Assembly (NCBI RefSeq): GCF_036321535.1
Contig: NC_087447.1
Coordinates: 52,826,001-52,890,000 of the forward strand
From: Camelus dromedarius
Lineage: Eukaryota
DNA length: 64,000 bases
Direction: 5' to 3'
The position numbers were made by a program, and so were the translations under genes. Shown in pieces: positions 60,701-64,000 of the stretch (the stretch's first letter is position 1; each line of letters begins with the position of its first letter). A model generated the notes under the pieces. It was not told the origin of the DNA, made no database searches, and was given only the letters and a program-made list of their open reading frames with translations.

Positions 60701-62602
60701 GCTCAAGAAAGTTTTCTTTATTTGGACTATTTCAGGAAATCTGAAGTCTTCCCCAGCAGTGTTCACTCCCAACTGATCATTAGTGTTTTCAGAAGGAGAT
60801 ATTTGATTAAGAACTAAAATGTGTGTGATCACTAAGTACCTAACCAGCACCAGTCTGGGGGCAATGAAAACCCAGGGAGTGAGGGGCCTGCTTTGCCTTT
60901 GACCTTGAGCGATCCCCTCCCATCTTGGACATTCTTCTGTCATCTGTATAAGGTACCAGAGGATGTCTCAGCAGGCCTTCTGATTCTGGCTTCAAGCTGT
61001 TTCCAAAGCCTCAGTTTTCTTTTCTGTGAAATGGGGGTTATAAGACATACCCCCATCCCTTTTTTGGTTGTTGCATCAAATCGGGGAAGGGTGTGCCCTT
61101 TTTTAAGTAAAATGTGGAGTTCAAACTAGATAAAGGCTAGTTTCAATAGAAACTCTATCATCATGTGGCAGTAACCAAATCTCTTAAATGATCAAAAGAT
61201 CATTTCTGATCTTTGTCACATCCTTCCACTGATTGTAGAGGTGATGCTCTGACCTGGACACATTAGCATCATTTTACGGCCGAGGAAATTGTGCCTCAGA
61301 AGGACTAATTTACCTGCCCAAGGGAGCAGAGCTGGTGCGGGGAGGACCCAGATTCAAATTCCAGAGTGTGCCAAAGCCCACAGGGATTCCCCAGCCACAC
61401 AGAGGCAAGGCTGAGGCCAAGGCCAAGCTTACAGAGAAGGACAAAACACAGCCAAGTCTGCAAAAACCAAATGAAAATTCCCAACCCTCCCTTACAGTTG
61501 CTGCTAGCCAGGAATGGGGGTGCCCAAACAGTGGAAAAGAGATGGGAGGGTGAAAGGTTCCCACTCCTGGGGAACCAGAGCCGTGGCCCGAGGCGCTGGG
61601 CCAGTTCAGGATGAGGCATGACATGGAGAAGCTCCTGGCCGGTCCTGGCTGCGGCCACATGTCCTCGTGGGCAGAGAGGGCCGTGCCCAGCCCCTGCCAG
61701 CGCATCTGTGGGTATCACAGGACCAAGGGTGTCAGCCATACCCGAAGGGATATTAAATACACTAAAATAGATACCAAAGACCCTACAAAACAAGAAGAGA
61801 GACTATAAAGGGGAAAAAACCAGAACATCATTTTATATATATTAAAATAAATAAAAGGCCTAAACAAAACTATCTTTATTAATATTTCCGCACTAGTGAT
61901 AAGACAGATGGGTTGGAATTAGATACGGAGAAGTGTAATATTCTACAAAGGAAACTCTAGGGAGGCCCGGGGAGTTATGAAGGTCATTTCTCATTAAGGG
62001 TGAACTTTTCCATTCTGTCCTCCTCTGCCTTTATCCTAACGAAGCCTCTGCCAGAGCCAGCGATTCCCCACAGCTTTTGTGTGCTGGAAGCAGGCCGTGG
62101 CACCAAATGCCCCTCAGCTAGTCAGTTCAAGGCTGTTTTTAGTTCTGCCAAAAAATGAATGGGGCTGTTGTCTGCTCTTGGGCGGTGGAGCTTTTTTTTT
62201 TTTTTTTAATTGTCTCGTCAGCTGGTCTGGAATACAAGCAGCATGAACTGCATCTTTTGGACACCTAGCACAGGGGAAGGTGGGTTTCCCTTCACTCGGA
62301 CCGCAGCAGAAGCAAAGATGCCTGAATTTCGGAGGTAGCGGGCTCCCCGGGAGAGCTGCGGGCTTTGTGGCAGACCGGTCCCCAGACACAGGAGCCTGGG
62401 CCGTAAACGTGCATCGTGCGGAGGAGGCTGTGTTGCTGTCTGTGTAGTGCCGGTAATGGAGTCTGGAACATTTGAAGAAGAAACACTTGCTCAAGAAGTG
62501 GATGGGTGAGATAATACTGGTGTGGTTCCCACGAGAGCAAATGTTTGTTGAAGGGGTGAGAGTGTGTGTAAAATTTTAGCAAAACAAATGACTATTGAGG
62601 AG

Positions 62603-63030
62603 TGTTATGGGTTGAATTGTGTCCTCCCAAAATAAATGCTGCAGTCCTGACCCCCAGCATCTCAGAATGTGACCTTATTTGGAAACAGGGTCTTTACAGC
62701 AGTAATCAAGTTCAAGTGAAGTCATTAGGATGGCCCAAAAGACTGGCGTCCTTATAAAAAGAGGAAATTTGGACCCAGAGACACACACAGGGAGAAGGCA
62801 TGTGAAAATGAAGGCGGAGCCCAGGTGGTGCGTCCACAACCCAGCGATGGCCAGCAAACCACCGAAGCGAGACTGGAACACATTCTCCCTCACGGCCCTT
62901 AGAAGGCACCAACCCCACAGACACCCTGATCTTGCACTTCCAGCCTCCAGGACTGGGAGGCGATACACTTCTGCTGTTGAAGCGCTCAGTCTGTGGTGCT
63001 ATGTTAGGGCGGCCCTGGGAAGCAAGTACA
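62603..63030 (+). mobile_element. MLT1C-like MaLR solo LTR
   Basis: tgttatgggttgaattgtgtcc...cagaatgtgaccttatttggaaa...gtaca; perfect 5-bp TSD aggag (62598-62602 / 63031-63035). Confidence 0.93.
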
Positions 63031-63239
63031 AGGAGCATGAGTGAAATTATGTGCTGTGCTATGTATGAATCCACGTGAAAACACAGAGGAAACTCCTCAC
63101 ACGGTACTGGCCTAGAGTAGATCCTTAATATTCGTTAAATGAATGAGTGAACAAGGTCACACATAAAGCATGGAGCCCAGAGCTGAGCAGCGGGCAGGTG
63201 CTCAGTGAGCATTTGCTAGTTGGTGGGTAGTCGGAGCCA

Positions 63240-63460
63240 ACGTTTATACACCATTTACGATGAGTCAGGCAGTGCTCAAAGTGATTGTGCATGTATGTTA
63301 CCCTCATTTGATCCTTACAACAACCCGATTATTTATCACATTTAAAAGAAAAGGAAACCTGTACGGAGAGGTTCAATCCCTTCCCTAAGTTTACCCAGCT
63401 AGAAGCAGAGTTAGTTTTTGGATCTGGTTGGTTTAGGATGAGGGTTTCTACTCTTAACCG
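63240..63460 (-). mobile_element. MIR SINE
   Basis: ctcatttgatccttacaacaaccc...ctcttaaccgct. Confidence 0.75.
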
Positions 63461-64000
63461 CTGTTTGAAACAATGCATTGCAGAGCCTGGCACACAGTAG
63501 GTGCTCAGCTCCAAACCAGTAAGTAGATGAGGGTACGTGGGCCAAGCAGGGAGCACAGGGTCTCGTCCCTGGTGATCTGAGAGCTGAGACCTGGACCCTC
63601 TTGTCCTTTGTCTCCTAAGTTCCTCTGATTCAGACTGATTCCTCTCATGTGTCAGCACCTTCCCGAGTCCTTCTGGGGAGAGAGGAAGCCGACTTGATGC
63701 TGAAGAGGGGAGTGGAGCAGAGGGGGCGTCAGGCGGCTTGGCTGTCAGAGAGATGGGCACCAGCATCCTGCCTCCTCTCCATAACTCATCCCAAACCAAG
63801 TGCCCGGTGCTGACTGCGCTTCCCACTGCAGGGCCCCGCTGGCTGTTCACATGCTCCTCTTGTGCTGTGCCAAGGACCAGGCCTGGCAGTGATTTACGAT
63901 GTCACAGGCCAGCGTCCTCTGCCCTGACCACGGTTCTTGGCCACAGGTTTAATTATTTAAACAGATTTTACATTTTACGAGCATGCCCTCAAGCCTGGCA

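Noticed and set aside
1..64000. A novel multi-gene or prokaryote-type system
   Set aside because: No operon-like ORFs, intact transposase/RT/integrase or RNA genes; content is explained by a mammalian promoter, candidate enhancers and decayed repeats

Overview
Mammalian genomic DNA, most likely camelid. It carries two tRNA-derived SINEs of the camelid Vic-1 type and artiodactyl-type L1 3' ends, and I see no Alu, BovB/Bov-tA or PRE-1. Bases 1-~4010 are a CpG island that looks like the multi-start promoter of a large minus-strand gene running off the left edge. Evidence: five minus-strand splice donors, a TATA-box mini-promoter, and a candidate 330-nt exon with a strong Kozak ATG. The gene cannot be identified from coding sequence; TENM4 is only a tentative guess from memory of promoter architecture. 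The remaining ~60 kb appears to be gene-free upstream sequence. It is made of ancient repeats (MIR, L2, L1M/HAL1, MLT1 LTRs, hAT/Tigger/mariner relics), a few younger insertions with target-site duplications (TSDs), and several repeat-free motif-rich blocks that look like enhancers. No convincing full protein-coding ORF, RNA gene, CRISPR array or novel multi-gene system is visible. The most solid unusual structure is a ~350-bp local duplication in which one copy carries an L1 insertion and the other preserves the empty pre-insertion site. Repeat subfamily names come from recall of consensus sequences, and their boundaries are approximate unless TSDs are given.
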